DNA of 63,744 bases, the filler included, from Atractiella rhizophila (lineage: Eukaryota): assembly GCA_021432655.1 (NCBI GenBank). It is 9 parts of 9 records of this genome, joined end to end, with 100 filler letters (N's around TTAATTAATTAA, not from the genome) between each part and the next. Parts side by side here need not be neighbours in the genome. Positions count along the whole stretch, not along the records: positions 8,503 to 16,878 come from MU272157.1; positions 16,979 to 25,353 come from MU272158.1; 7 more parts are not named here. One strand, 5' to 3'. Shown piece after piece: positions 13,549 through 25,453 of this stretch. How positions within the stretch are numbered: the first letter of the stretch is position 1; every line of letters begins with the position of its first letter. The notes below the pieces were generated by a model. It did not search any database, was not told the origin of the DNA, and saw only the letters and a program-made list of their open reading frames with translations. Made by a program: the position numbers and the translations under genes.

Positions 13549-14737
13549 GTTGCAGCGTCAGTGGAGTGGCCTCCAGGTTAAGCACGGTCGGCTCGCATAT
13601 TCCTGTCACATGTTATAAGGGGAAACAAGGTAAGTCGGTTTGAAGGAGGAGAGCGTGCGAACGCAACTCGAAGGTCGCGCAAAGCGCACTTCCTTGTATC
13701 TCGGGATATCCAGATATCTGATGTAGTACTCTGTCGCACTCTGCATATACAGGAGAAAACACCCGCCGTGACAAACGGCACTGCGCTCGGCAGCACACAG
13801 CAGCTCGTAGCAAGAAAGATCTTGCAGCAGCTCCTCAAGCGGCGGACTGCCAACTTTTCTCCGAGTACATTACTATACGGGTCGCTAAACATTTGGCTTT
13901 GGATCTGCGACGCACTCTCAGGATGGAGCATCAGGATCACAAATGTCTTAATGAACGAGAACACCAGGGGTTTGCTCCAAAACCTGCTGCTCAACGCGTA
14001 GCTTCGATACCAAGTTTTTTATGGCTCCTTGAAGTGGTGAAATGGGATTTCCCACGATAAAGTTAAAAAGTTAAGAGGATACAAAGCTCCCAAGCCTAAC
14101 TCATGGACGCTGCTCTAAGGATCGTTTCTGTTCTGACTGGCTATACACATTAGCGGCCTGGGTATTGAAGTGCGAGGGAGTTTGAAAGACCCTGAATGGG
14201 ATTTTTGTAACCGTGGAAAGACGCACCACGACACAAACTCGGGCGGGATTTGGGGATGATAAACATTGGAAGGAGGGTGGGTAAAAAAATAAGTCCAGGG
14301 AAGACATGCACACGTAGAAAGACGACATGAGCCTGACGCTGAAGGCATACCATAAACTTGTACAAAGCGGTTCCGGTGCCGTATCTGAAACATTAGTATT
14401 GTTTATCGGTGTTTGGAAGGATCGACAAGTATCAACACGGCGCCTGGCGTTTCGCGGGAAACTTTTTTCATTCAGGCACACTTTGGATCAGAAAAGACGA
14501 CCAACGTAGACGCATTCCTTGCAGCAGCTGCACACGATCAGAACGTGTTAGAAGCCACTGGCAAGTTTTACAGGGCTATCAAGTGAGTGACTGATTATAT
14601 TGGGCATCGATGGCGTTGGGGAGCTGTGTTGATGTTGTTTTCCTGCTTCTTCTCCCGTCAGGAGTATCTTCACACATTCGCCGCTTCATCCATAGTTGCA
14701 ATACGCGTGCTTATTCCTCACACAAATCACCATTAAT

Positions 14738-16700
14738 ATGTCAGCCCCTTCCGCATCAGCATCGCCCGATGAGGACGCAGTTCCTTCCGTACGCCCGTCC
14801 TTTGTGTTATTGTTGGCATAAGTAAATGCGAATCGCATATCTGCTTAGGCTGCAGCTGCTCTTATCACGCAAGTAACGCCGCAAACCACTCATAATACTC
14901 GTCTAATATCTCCGCCTAAAATCTCCAAATCCCAGAAGAAAAAGCAGACCTCCAAAACCACTGATAATTTCGCTGAAGCACCTTCGCATTCTCCACCCTC
15001 CGATTCTGCACCAGCACAGTCTGGTCAACCCGAAGCTCCATCTACAGATCCACTTGTCGATGATACCTTAGAGAAATTGGAGCTGCATCCGACCAACCCA
15101 GAATCCCTTACGACGGCAAACACGACATCCACAACAGTTAACGGTATTCTGTCCACCGAAGAGATCGCAGCAAAGATCATAGCGCCGAAAGATGCAACCG
15201 CGCCCGCCAGCGAGGAAGAGGGAGCTCCGGCTCCAGCCAAGGCGGCAGATGCAGGCGAGAAGGCGGTTGTGGACGAGGAGAAGGGAAAGGAAAGAAAACG
15301 TCGGCACAAACGTCTTCGGAAATCTTTGAAGCCAACAAGATCAACTTCTGACCCTGATGCGGCACCGTCAGACAAGGAGGCAGGGAAGGAGAGGCGTGGA
15401 CTGCTGAAGTGGGTCCGTGCACTCCGACTCTCTGCCTTCATTCCTTGTGTCTCCAATGCTGCACATGACCCAGCAGACCAGACGGACGCTGAGAAGGCCG
15501 CCCCTTCCGCTCCCGCCCCTATCCCTGCTGTCGAGAACGAGAAAGATACCCCAGTTCCCGCTCCCGTTCCCGTTCCAGCTCCAGCTCCGGCTACACCATC
15601 TCCATCTAGACAAAGATCTTCGCGATCCTTGACCCCCATGCGACATGGCAGCACCACTCCTTCTGCCGAGCCGATCCACACGGATACAGAGCACGCTGCT
15701 CAAATTCTCGCTTCGACGACAAGTGGAGGAGCGTTGAGTCCTGGTGTGGTTCTACCGGTGGAAGAGACTGGGGGAGTGTTGAGCTCGGACGTTATGCCGA
15801 TTGGAAAAGGGACCATAACAAGTAGGGAAAGAGAATCAGATAGGGCTGAGAGCTCATCGAGCGAAGAGGAAGAGGAGGTAGAGAGCGAGGTAGAAGAGGA
15901 GGAGGAGGAGGAGGGGGAGGAGGAACCAGTGCCGATGCATGGCGGTTTGGGCATCCCGATTGGCCCAGATGGAAAACCTAAACCTCTTCTGCCGGAACTT
16001 CTACCCAGCGATGCTGGAAAGAAATGTTTAGTTCTTGACCTGGACGAGACTTTGGTTCATTCTAGTTTTAAGGTAAGGCTAACATTCCATTTACATATTT
16101 GCCTTTATAAAACTGACTGACGTGACCGTAATAGTTTGTCCCTAGGGCTGATTTCATTATTCCAGTGGAGATTGATAATCAAGTGCACAACTTCTACGTG
16201 CTCAAGCGACCCGGCGTTGACGGTTGGTTACCCTGCTAACTAGTTCTGCGTTAGCGACTCACCGATGTCCTCTTTAGATTTTCTCCGCGCTATGGGTGAG
16301 GTGTACGAAGTAGTCGTATGGACTGCATCACTCGCGAAGTATGCCAACCCATGTCTTGATAACTTGGATCCTGGACGTGTCGTTCGCCATCGACTCTTCC
16401 GAGAGGCGTGCTATAACCATCATGGGACGTACGTCAAGGATCTGTCGCAATTGGGGAGACCGGTCAGCGATACTATCATCATCGATAATTCACCAGCTTC
16501 GTACATTTTTCACTCCACCAGTGCCGTCCCCGTTTCGAGTTGGTTCAATGATCCACATGACACAGAACTATACGATTTGCAGCGCGTTCGTGCCATTATG
16601 TCTCCCCCTTCTGATATCACTGATAAGTACGATATAGTTTCTTGCTGACATCACCGACGTTGATGATGCCAGGGCCGTTCTTGATGGCGGCCTTAGTTGA
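14738..16700 (+). CDS. PSR1: NIF/HAD-family CTD small phosphatase (Psr1/Psr2/CTDSP-like); exons 14738-14788, 14849-16072, 16135-16222, 16278-16585, 16638-16700
   Basis: [18 protein letters not shown] (DxDxT), [15 protein letters not shown]...[33 protein letters not shown]. All introns GT-AG and in frame. Confidence 0.92.
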
Positions 16701-17036
16701 ATGACTGTCAAGGTCGGAAAAGCCTTTCCTCCCGCTTCGTTCTCGAAGCTACGTACCGTTTCGAGCACCGAACTACGAGTTTCCTTTGTGAACTCATCCG
16801 AATATTATCATGCCACCTTATTAAGATCGCCTTTCGCTTTCTTATCTCTAATCGATCCCCAATCCTATGTACAGATCGNNNNNNNNNNNNNNNNNNNNNN
16901 NNNNNNNNNNNNNNNNNNNNNNTTAATTAATTAANNNNNNNNNNNNNNNNNNNNNNNNNNNNNNNNNNNNNNNNNNNNGGAGTTTACCTGCTGTCGGTAT
17001 GGTTGAAGTGTTGAAGACTTACTTGGAAATTGTAAG

Positions 17037-19725
17037 GGTACGGACGTTGCACTGTATCAAAGGACAACCAGAACCCGACCTGAAGTCGTGCACATCCAAC
17101 TCTGCGAACTAGTTGATCTCTTCATGATAACTCACTGGAGCCAGGTGACTGACGCTCCGCGAAACAAGCGACTTCCAGTCAGCGCTCACTGTGAACTCCC
17201 CCTAGAAGTCAACGTCCAACACCTCAGTTTTCCATGACTATTCACGTTCTGAGGCGCGGAAAGAAGCACTTGTCACTGCGCTCTGTGGTGCCTAGGCTCA
17301 AGCTCAAGCGCAAGCTTCGTAAGATTTTTGACGGTTATTTGTTGAAACTCCTGAGCTGAGGCAACATACAGGTTACTTTCTGAATTTGATCAATGGGCAG
17401 CACATACGCCGGAAGGAGAGATTTAAGTGCTCCCCACGTCAGGACAGTCCAATTTTACAGCTGCCTATCAAACTTTTGGTCCGGATATTCGACCTTCCTC
17501 CAGTCACTCGTGCCTGGGATCTGAATCAAGATTTCATTTCACGTTTTTGCGCCTTTGGAGCGGTTTGTTCCACATTCAGAAAAATAGCATTATCCCGCCT
17601 ACGAGACTATTGTGCTGTTGTTGGCTTTACCTCTTATGCTCCGAACATAAATTACCTCAGGAACATGGTGACAGAACACCATTTGATAAAGTGGCAGAAG
17701 GATGCAAATGGCAACACAATTCTCAAACGGCATCCGCAAATGTCTCCGATCGCTCAGCTACCCATCGAACTTCTGGATCGGGTATTTTACCTCTTGTTAC
17801 CTGCAGTCTCACACATCCAGGACTTGGATCAAGAGTTTGTTTCACAGTTTTGCATCTTGGCAGGAATTTGCTCCGCGTTCAGAAATATAGCTCTCTCTGC
17901 CCTACAACATTACTGTGTTCTTTTTGCAGACAACTTTTCCTCTTACGCTTTGAACGTCAGTTATCTCCGGAATATGGCAGTGAATCATGGATTAATGAAA
18001 TGGGAGAAAGATGCAACACTGACTTTAGGTCGTCCCCTTCCACCGTCTCTCAAATCTTGGCCCCATGTACTGGACTCTGTAGCAAAGCACTCAGGTAATA
18101 CGAAGGTGCGGGTCTACAATTTGCCATGGGACGATTTCGATCTGCAACTTACGTTGAGATCTATCTCTTCGCTCGGACCAGCATCTTTGAGCCTTTTCTT
18201 TCAAAATCAGCAAGCTGAACTTTCTTTTGCAGAAATACTGAGCTCCTCGACTGACAGCTTTAGGTCTACGCGGTCTGTCACCATATCTGGGCTAGTATCT
18301 TCTAGGTCGGGTCGTTTCCGATTCCCTTCGATTAACGATGTTTCCGCTCAGTTGGCTCTCCTTGCTCTCCTTAAGTGTTGCCTTTGTGACGGAGACTTCG
18401 ATGGGATCCTTGACACACAAGAAACATCATACCACTTGTCCATGCTCAGGTTCAGCTCATTCCGTCACCTGTTTTCTGAAGAGGGCTTTCGCAGGATGTT
18501 GAAAATTTTTCAACCATCTCGTCTTTGTTGCGCTTTCCAGCAGCTTTCGGATAGCAGCGATGGCAACACAGTATCATGTCTGAGTCTGAGAAGACCCGTC
18601 GACTATGAACTACGTGAATGGCTCCCCAATTGGGATCCTTCCTTGTCCTCACACTCACTGTACCTTGATGGCGGGAGGGAGGAATCGAATCTTATTTCCG
18701 AAACATTTCTAGACGAAGGTCGATGGGACAACCTTAGAGCGCTCGTTTTGCTTTACTGTCATTTTTCAGCTAGCACAGTGTGCGAGTTCCTATCTAATGT
18801 CGTTCGGATACAGAAACGGATTAGTCTCTCTCAGACTTATCCTCGTTTGGTCGTACAGTTGAAGCCTTTCTTTGGAGATTGCGACTTTTCCACCTCCTGG
18901 TTCTCCAAAGCCTTAGGGACATTCCACAACTTAGTGGCAGTGTCATCTGTCAAATTGTTCAATCAGAGGTATAAACGCCGCGAACGCACCGAATATCCGC
19001 TTCAGTATGATCCCTCAAGGTCAGGGACAGTGTTCAGCGTTTTTTGCGGGCAAGACGGTAACCGACTAGATATTTGGTTCATTGACCAAGACGACGAGCC
19101 TGGGAACGAGGACACGCTCTTCTTTTGGAAGAATTTTGACGCAAAGAAGCGTCTAAGGTCGTGATCCTTACAGTGGACATCCGTTTGGATTGGATACAGT
19201 GGTGGCTCGAAATTGCAGTCAAAGAAACGATACACGGGAAGATTGCTTTGGGATATCTTTTCGTAACTTGGTAGCATTTTGCTTCAGGTCACAACGGAAC
19301 AAACGGAAGTTAGCTCGTATGTTGTGATGTTGACAACAATAATTAGTTGCTTTCTTCCTTCCAGGCCATGTATACACTACAGTCAATGCTTTGAAAAGTT
19401 TGTTTTACATCATCCTTTGAGATTTCGTATCAAATCGCACGGATCGAAGACAGCTGCCCTTCACCTTGTCCCACCTGCGCTTAAAAAACGTCTGGCAACA
19501 ACCTCCTGCACTCAGTCAAGAGGCTCTGACACCCTGACCTGACTAACTAGCTCTACAACATCCTCAACAACCGACCATCTCCTCTAAGCTCCTCGACTTC
19601 TTGGCAAATCAGCCTAATGCTATCCATGCATTGCGCACTCCTTCCTCATCGCCCTCGTGCATTCGTTTCCCCATCCTCCTCCTCAACTACATCTACATTC
19701 AGCTCGAATTCCTTCATTCTCTAGA
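17037..19725 (+). repeat. Segmental duplication copy 1 (upstream region, F-box gene and 3' flank); copy 2 at about 21838-24530
   Basis: Shared anchors GGTACGGACGTTG (17037/21838), GGAAAGAAGCAC, CAGTCAATGCT and CCTCTAAGCT flank both genes. Offset about 4.8 kb. Confidence 0.85.
17234..19164 (+). CDS. F-box-like protein with two tandem ~100-aa F-box modules (paralogue A); exons 17234-17318, 17372-19164
   Basis: SPILQLPIKLLVRIF...GAVCSTFRKIAL and SPIAQLPIELLDRVF...GICSAFRNIAL match the LPxELLxxIF...VCxxFRxxA F-box pattern. A 53-nt intron joins a basic first exon (MTIHVLRRGKK...KLKRKL) in frame. Confidence 0.8.
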
Positions 19726-19889
19726 ATCACGTTTGACTTGAAATATTGGTTTGGAAGGCAACTCGTGCATTGTTGCTGTGTGGCGCGAGGGAGGAAGTGA
19801 GAGAGGGTGTATGTAACACGGGATGGCGGCAACGTTGGTTACGGAGGAGGAGCGTGCGTGTGGACGCGTAGGACGGAGATGGTGCGGAG

Positions 19890-21430
19890 CAGGGAAGATT
19901 GAATTCGATCGCCACTTCCTATGCGTGTGGTGCAACACGCTGGCGAGTGACAATTCAGATGAGTCGGCAGCTTTGTGGCTTCGTCAACACTGATGCGACG
20001 TCGCCTTCGCGTTCAAACCCTACCCGCACATGCATCCCATCAAGTGCTTGATAGGAGCGGCGCTGAAAGGCATGGAAGGAGCTTTCAGCAAGTCCCGCGG
20101 GAAGTACCCCAGTGGAGCTCTCCAGGGGGCACTCCAACCCCTTGCCCGAAGGTTGGCCGCTCAGATAAGGATATGTACGGCATTGCAACTAGTCAACTCT
20201 CTCAAGGCGCCTGAGCTCCTGCCTGAGCTCCTTCGTCATATGGTTCCTGAGACCATTTCCGACTTGAATCCTAACGTGACAGACCCTGGGACGATGTAAA
20301 TGATTCCCCGCCTCTGGATAGCAGGCTTGGAGACTGCACTGATCGTTATTCAGGTACGGTGGAGCATGCTGTCATGAATGGTTCGTCCTTACGCTCACAA
20401 TCGCGATGACGCTGAATATGTAGAAAGGTCTTGTAGCCTGTGGGAGATACCTTGCTCAATTTCAGCCTTTCGTTCCTTCCTCTACAGCTCGCACTGACCT
20501 TTTCGTTTATCCGCAGCTGCTCCTACCATCGGTCTCTCCGCGCTATTTCATCCCATGTAATCGGTTGCTACCACTGGTCGTCGAGAGGACGGTTCAGGTC
20601 ATCAGCCCATCGAAGTCGTTGCGCATTGGCGTGCACTCCCCAACTGTAATGTTTGGCGTCCAGCTGGTTCGTCATTACCTACCCTTTTCTATCTGGACCG
20701 ATCGTCTTGTAATGTGCAGATGGAAACGAAGTCTCTGAGCCTACATCAGCGTCATCTCTTCCGTTCATGCCCCGTCCATTCGTTGACTCCCTCGTCAAGC
20801 CGTATCGCAGATCGAAGTATCATCAGTCGAGAAGGCTCTCCGGGGAGGATATGTTGTTCACTAAGACGAGAACGCTGACTTCACCTTTCTTTCTCCCTGT
20901 ACGGAGGTCTCGCTCGTCTGCGAAGCGAGGGAGATTCTTCGGAAGGAGGGTTTCAAGACTTGAGTTGTATTCTTTCCTTGCTGGGAACTTGTCGAGGTGA
21001 GGAGCCGCGATTATAGCTCAGCGTATTCCCTGATGGTCACCAGTTTACTCCGTAGCGGCCTACTCCGTGTGTTGCCATTCGTCTTTCTCTCAGATGATGT
21101 CGTTCTCATGCGCCTGGACGGACGCAAGGATGGTAGAGGTGCCCGCGCTGGCATCAAGCGCCCCGGATGGCATCAACTTGAGTGCACTCTTGCCTATAAG
21201 AAGAAAGGTACTGAGATGTGTGACAGCGATTCGGCATGTCTAGACCGTCCAAAGATGTCGACAACGCGCTCAATCTGACAGGTCCCGACCTCATTGAGAA
21301 GACGAAGAAAGTCATTGCACAGTACAAAGGCGTCAAGCTCCTTTGGCTCATCAACACTCAGTTCGACGCTGGCGTCGCCGCTGCGCCTCATCGCATGAAC
21401 AAGCAGACTGTGACGGAGTCAATTATCTAG
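19890..21430 (+). pseudogene. Fragmented multi-exon hypothetical gene between the F-box paralogues
   Basis: EFDRHFLCVWCNTLASDNSDESAALWLRQH*CDVAFAFKPYPHMHPIKCLIG... has an in-frame TGA. The last exon-like piece reads GPDLIEKTKKVIAQYKGVKLLWLINTQF...ESII*. Confidence 0.35.
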
Positions 21431-21837
21431 CAAATAAAGAAAGGATATACGCACGAAGTAGAAATGTGTTGTAGATGCTTCCCCAAGCTTAAAGATGAAC
21501 GGTGCGAAAGGTTACAGGGTATGATAAGCTCAACTGATTCCCGACACATTTAAGCATTACTCCAGGAAAGCAGTAGGTATCCCTGAAACACCAATGAAAG
21601 CTCTCTTGTTCAATGCACTGGTGTCAGTGTTTGGAATCTAGGTTCTGTGCACTTCTATGGACAAATGGATTTTGAGCACCCTTGCGCTCCCCTTATGACT
21701 GACTTGATAACCAAGGATAACGGCGTCCCAGAACATGAAACAAGGAACTGAGGGCTCCGTTGACCTGGGCAACCTGAGTCATAAGTTCGAGGCTGGCGGA
21801 GGGATAGCGGCATTCCGAGAAGAAGGATTATTGTCTA

Positions 21838-24530
21838 GGTACGGACGTTGAGCCATACAAAAGGCTCGTCCTCAATCTGGACGGCCTCGATCTCTCACCG
21901 AGCTCTGCTATCTACTGTAGTTGATCTAATCTTGATAACTTGTTGTAACGAGCTGCGTCATCTGGTTTATCCAACCAATTTGTGTTCTCCTCACAGTGGA
22001 TCAGTACATCGCGACACTTTTTCATGATTTTTTACCTTTTGAGGCTAGGAAAGAAGCACGTGCGATCTGTGGGGTCCAGGCTCAAGCACAAGCTTCGTGA
22101 GATTTGATGATTTTTCTGCTGGAGCTAAAGAGTTGAAGCAACACGCAGCATCGATCAATGGAAAATTGATACAAGTAGCCTTACCCAGTAGCAGGACGGG
22201 GACGTCGGAGTACTCACGACCTCCCCAAACTGCTCAAATCCTCCAGCTGCCCATCGATCTTTTGTTTCAGGTATTTTACCTTTTATTGCCTCCAGTCTTT
22301 CAAATCCAGGAGTTTATTTCATGTCTTTGCACCTTTGGAGGGGTTTGCTCTACATTCAGGAAAATAGCGCTCTCTGCCCTACGAGATTACTGCACTGTTG
22401 ATGGCTTTCTCTCTTATGCTCTGAGCAATGGATACCTTAGGAACATGACGTCAAAACACCATTTGATAAAATGGCAGAAGGATGCAATTGGCAACATAAT
22501 TCTCGAACGAGATCCGCAGACATCTCCGATTGCCCAGCTACCCATCGAGCTTTTGGAACGCATATTTTACCATTTGTTACCTCCAGTCTCTCACATCCAA
22601 GATCTGAATCAAGAGTTTACTTCACAGTTTTGTAACTTGACGGCGATTTGCTCTGCTTTCAGAAACATAGCCCTATCTGTCCTACAACATTACTGTGTCC
22701 TTTTTGCTGACAACTTTTCCTCTTATACTTTGAACATCAGTTATCTCAGGAATATGGCGATGGCCCACGGTTTAATGAAATGGCAGAATGATGCAACATT
22801 GACTTTAGGTCATCCACTTCCGCCGTCTAACAAGTCTTGGTCCCATCTACTGGACGCTGTTGCAAACCATTCAGGTAATACGAAGGTGCAGGTTTACAAT
22901 TTGCCATGGGACGGTTTCGATCTGCATGACATGTTGAAATCTATTTCTTCACTCGAACCAGCATCTATAGCCCTTTTCTTTCAAAATCAGGAAGCTGAAG
23001 TTTCTCTTGAAGAATTACTTACTGGCTGGAGTGCTCATTGTGGGTCTATCACCATAACTGGGCTGCCCCCTTTTAGTACAGGTCCTTTCCGACTACAGAA
23101 AATCTTGGGGTCTTGGACCATTGATTTCGCTTTTCTTCAGTGTTGCCTTTGTGATGAACATTTCTACGGCACCTTCTACTTTGACCAAACAGAATGTTGC
23201 CGCACCTTCAGGTTCAGCTCATTCTATTACCTGCTTTCCACAGAGTACTTTGGCTACATGTTGAGAATCCTTGGACCACGTCATCTTTGTTGTGCTTTCC
23301 AGCGGCTTCCATATAGTGCTGAGGACAATATTTCATGTCTGAGACGACCCATTGACGATAAACTCTGTGAATGGCTCTCGATCTCCTGGAATCAGCCAGG
23401 CCCAAGGTCACTTTACCTTGATGGGGGAAGGGAGGACTCAAATATTACGTCAGAATCATTTCTAGAGGCTCAATCCAAATGGAACAACCTTAGAGAACTT
23501 GTTTTGCTTTACTGCCATACCCCAGCCAGTGCAGTCTGTGAGTTCCTGCAGAGGGTCGCACAGTTGTCTATGAATCAGTTCCTGTTGTCTTTCGCCCATC
23601 GTGAACCTTTGAAACCTTTGATCGTACAGCTGAAGCCATTCTTCGGAGACTGCGACTTTTCCGCCTCCTGGTTCTCCAAAGCCTTAGGGAATTTCCACAG
23701 TTCAGTGGCAGTGTCATCCATCCAATCATTCAACAAGAGGTACAAAGACTCCGAATATTCACTCCAGTACGATCCCTCAAGGTCAGGGACAGTGTTTAGC
23801 GTCTTCTGCCCACTGGGCTCTGTGCAACTTGACATTTGGTTCATTGACGAAGATGATGAGCCCGGGAATGAGGACTCTCTCTTCTTTTGGGAGAATTTCG
23901 ACAAAAACCGACCGCTGAGGTCATGATCGTCACTATGCATTTCCCTGGGATTGGACGGAGTGGTGGGCTCGAAAATGTAAATCAAAGAAGCGATACACAC
24001 GGAACATTGATTTGGAATATATTTACATGGATTCAGTCCCATTTCCTTCAGCTTACATGAAGCAAGCTCGCATATTCAAACGGCGAATACTACAATTGGC
24101 GACGTGATGCTCTCTTGCATCCAGCCATGGACAACGCACAATACAGTCAATGCTATGAACAGTTTGCTTCACATCGTCCTATCAGATTTCACACCAAACG
24201 CACGCATGGAAGATAACAACCCTTCACTTGTCCCACCTCCCCGAAAAATTCTCGGAAAAACTTACTGCACCCGGATCTAGTGCCTTTGACACTCTGTACA
24301 TTTACTCTTGGCATCTCTCCCTGACGCCCTATACACTCTTGACATCTCCTTCACAATACAAATAACTCTTGATATTTCCTTTTTGATTCATGGCCTAAAC
24401 GGCCAACCCTCAGCCTCTAAGCTGCTTGGCTACTGGCACATCATCCTAATCTCATTCATACATCGCGACACTGTTCATTGCTCTTTCCCTCCTCCTTCCT
24501 ATCCTCACCTTTATCAACATTCTGCTAGAA
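21838..24530 (+). repeat. Segmental duplication copy 2
   Basis: Colinear similarity to 17037-19725 in both flanks and the CDS. Confidence 0.85.
22024..23926 (+). CDS. F-box-like protein with two tandem F-box modules (paralogue B); exons 22024-22096, 22149-23926
   Basis: Same architecture and same phase-1 intron (52 nt) as paralogue A. Shared C-terminus QYDPSRSGTVFSVFC...LDIWFIDxDDEPGNEDxLFFWxNFD...LRS*. Confidence 0.8.
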
Positions 24531-25051
24531 CCCAGCTTCAGAATACGTATATTCCTTTGGAAGGTAACGTGGGTTATAACGGCGAGGCGTGAGGGAGGGA
24601 GGACGCTTGAAGGAAGGGCGTAGGGAATGTTTCCGAAAAGAAAAAAGGAAAGATCCGATTTGGGTTTGAGACGTTCGTGGGTGGAGAGACCGCTGGTGTG
24701 CTGGTGAACATTGCGAGCTCTTGAGTCTTGTCGCAGTCAAACCTTATAATATCTGCCTGTGTCACCCTTTGTCAGTTCGGTTAGTGCCGCGACGGTGTAA
24801 ACCAGTATAAACAGTTCAGAAGCGGTTTGCGTGTCATAGAGACTCAACCCATGGCTTACTTTTGCCCAAACGGGAACCATCGTGAATGATGCAGCCCTTT
24901 GTTCTGTCATGATGATCGATGATCAGTGGGCGAAAATCAGCCCGGAGCTTTGAGCTTAGGCCTCTTCATGGTCTTCTTCACTCCATCAGTACCGACAGGC
25001 CGTTTGCCTTCGTTTTCGAACTTTCATATCATTTCGTTCACATTTAGAAGT

Positions 25052-25353
25052 ATGACGCGCACCAACAAGAAGTTTCAACACTCCATCTCCCTCCATTCTC
25101 CCACTTTTCGACTGTCTGCTTCGTACTCGGACGCGTCGGGTCTACGCGAGGCGACTTCCAAACTGCGAGCGATTACTTTGGACGAAAGGGAAGCCCGAAC
25201 ATTTCGAAGGGAGCGAGCACTACGGAAGGAGTGCGCGAGGGCACATCTGGAGCGACTCCGACAGCAGCGCAAGTTTGAGAGGAAGGAGAGGAGGTGGAAG
25301 TCTAAGCTACTGGAGTCGAAGGAGAAGATCAAGCATTTGGAAGGGAAGCTGAG
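25052..25353 (+). CDS. Basic coiled-coil hypothetical protein, 3'-truncated
   Basis: ATG at 25052 (MTRTNKKF...) open to the contig end, with a charged helical stretch. Confidence 0.4.
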
Positions 25354-25453
25354 NNNNNNNNNNNNNNNNNNNNNNNNNNNNNNNNNNNNNNNNNNNNTTA
25401 ATTAATTAANNNNNNNNNNNNNNNNNNNNNNNNNNNNNNNNNNNNNNNNNNNN

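Noticed and set aside
13578..14600. Several 60-140 aa ORFs between the ABC transporter and the phosphatase
   Set aside because: No domain or consistent exon chain; probably divergent promoter or UTR sequence.
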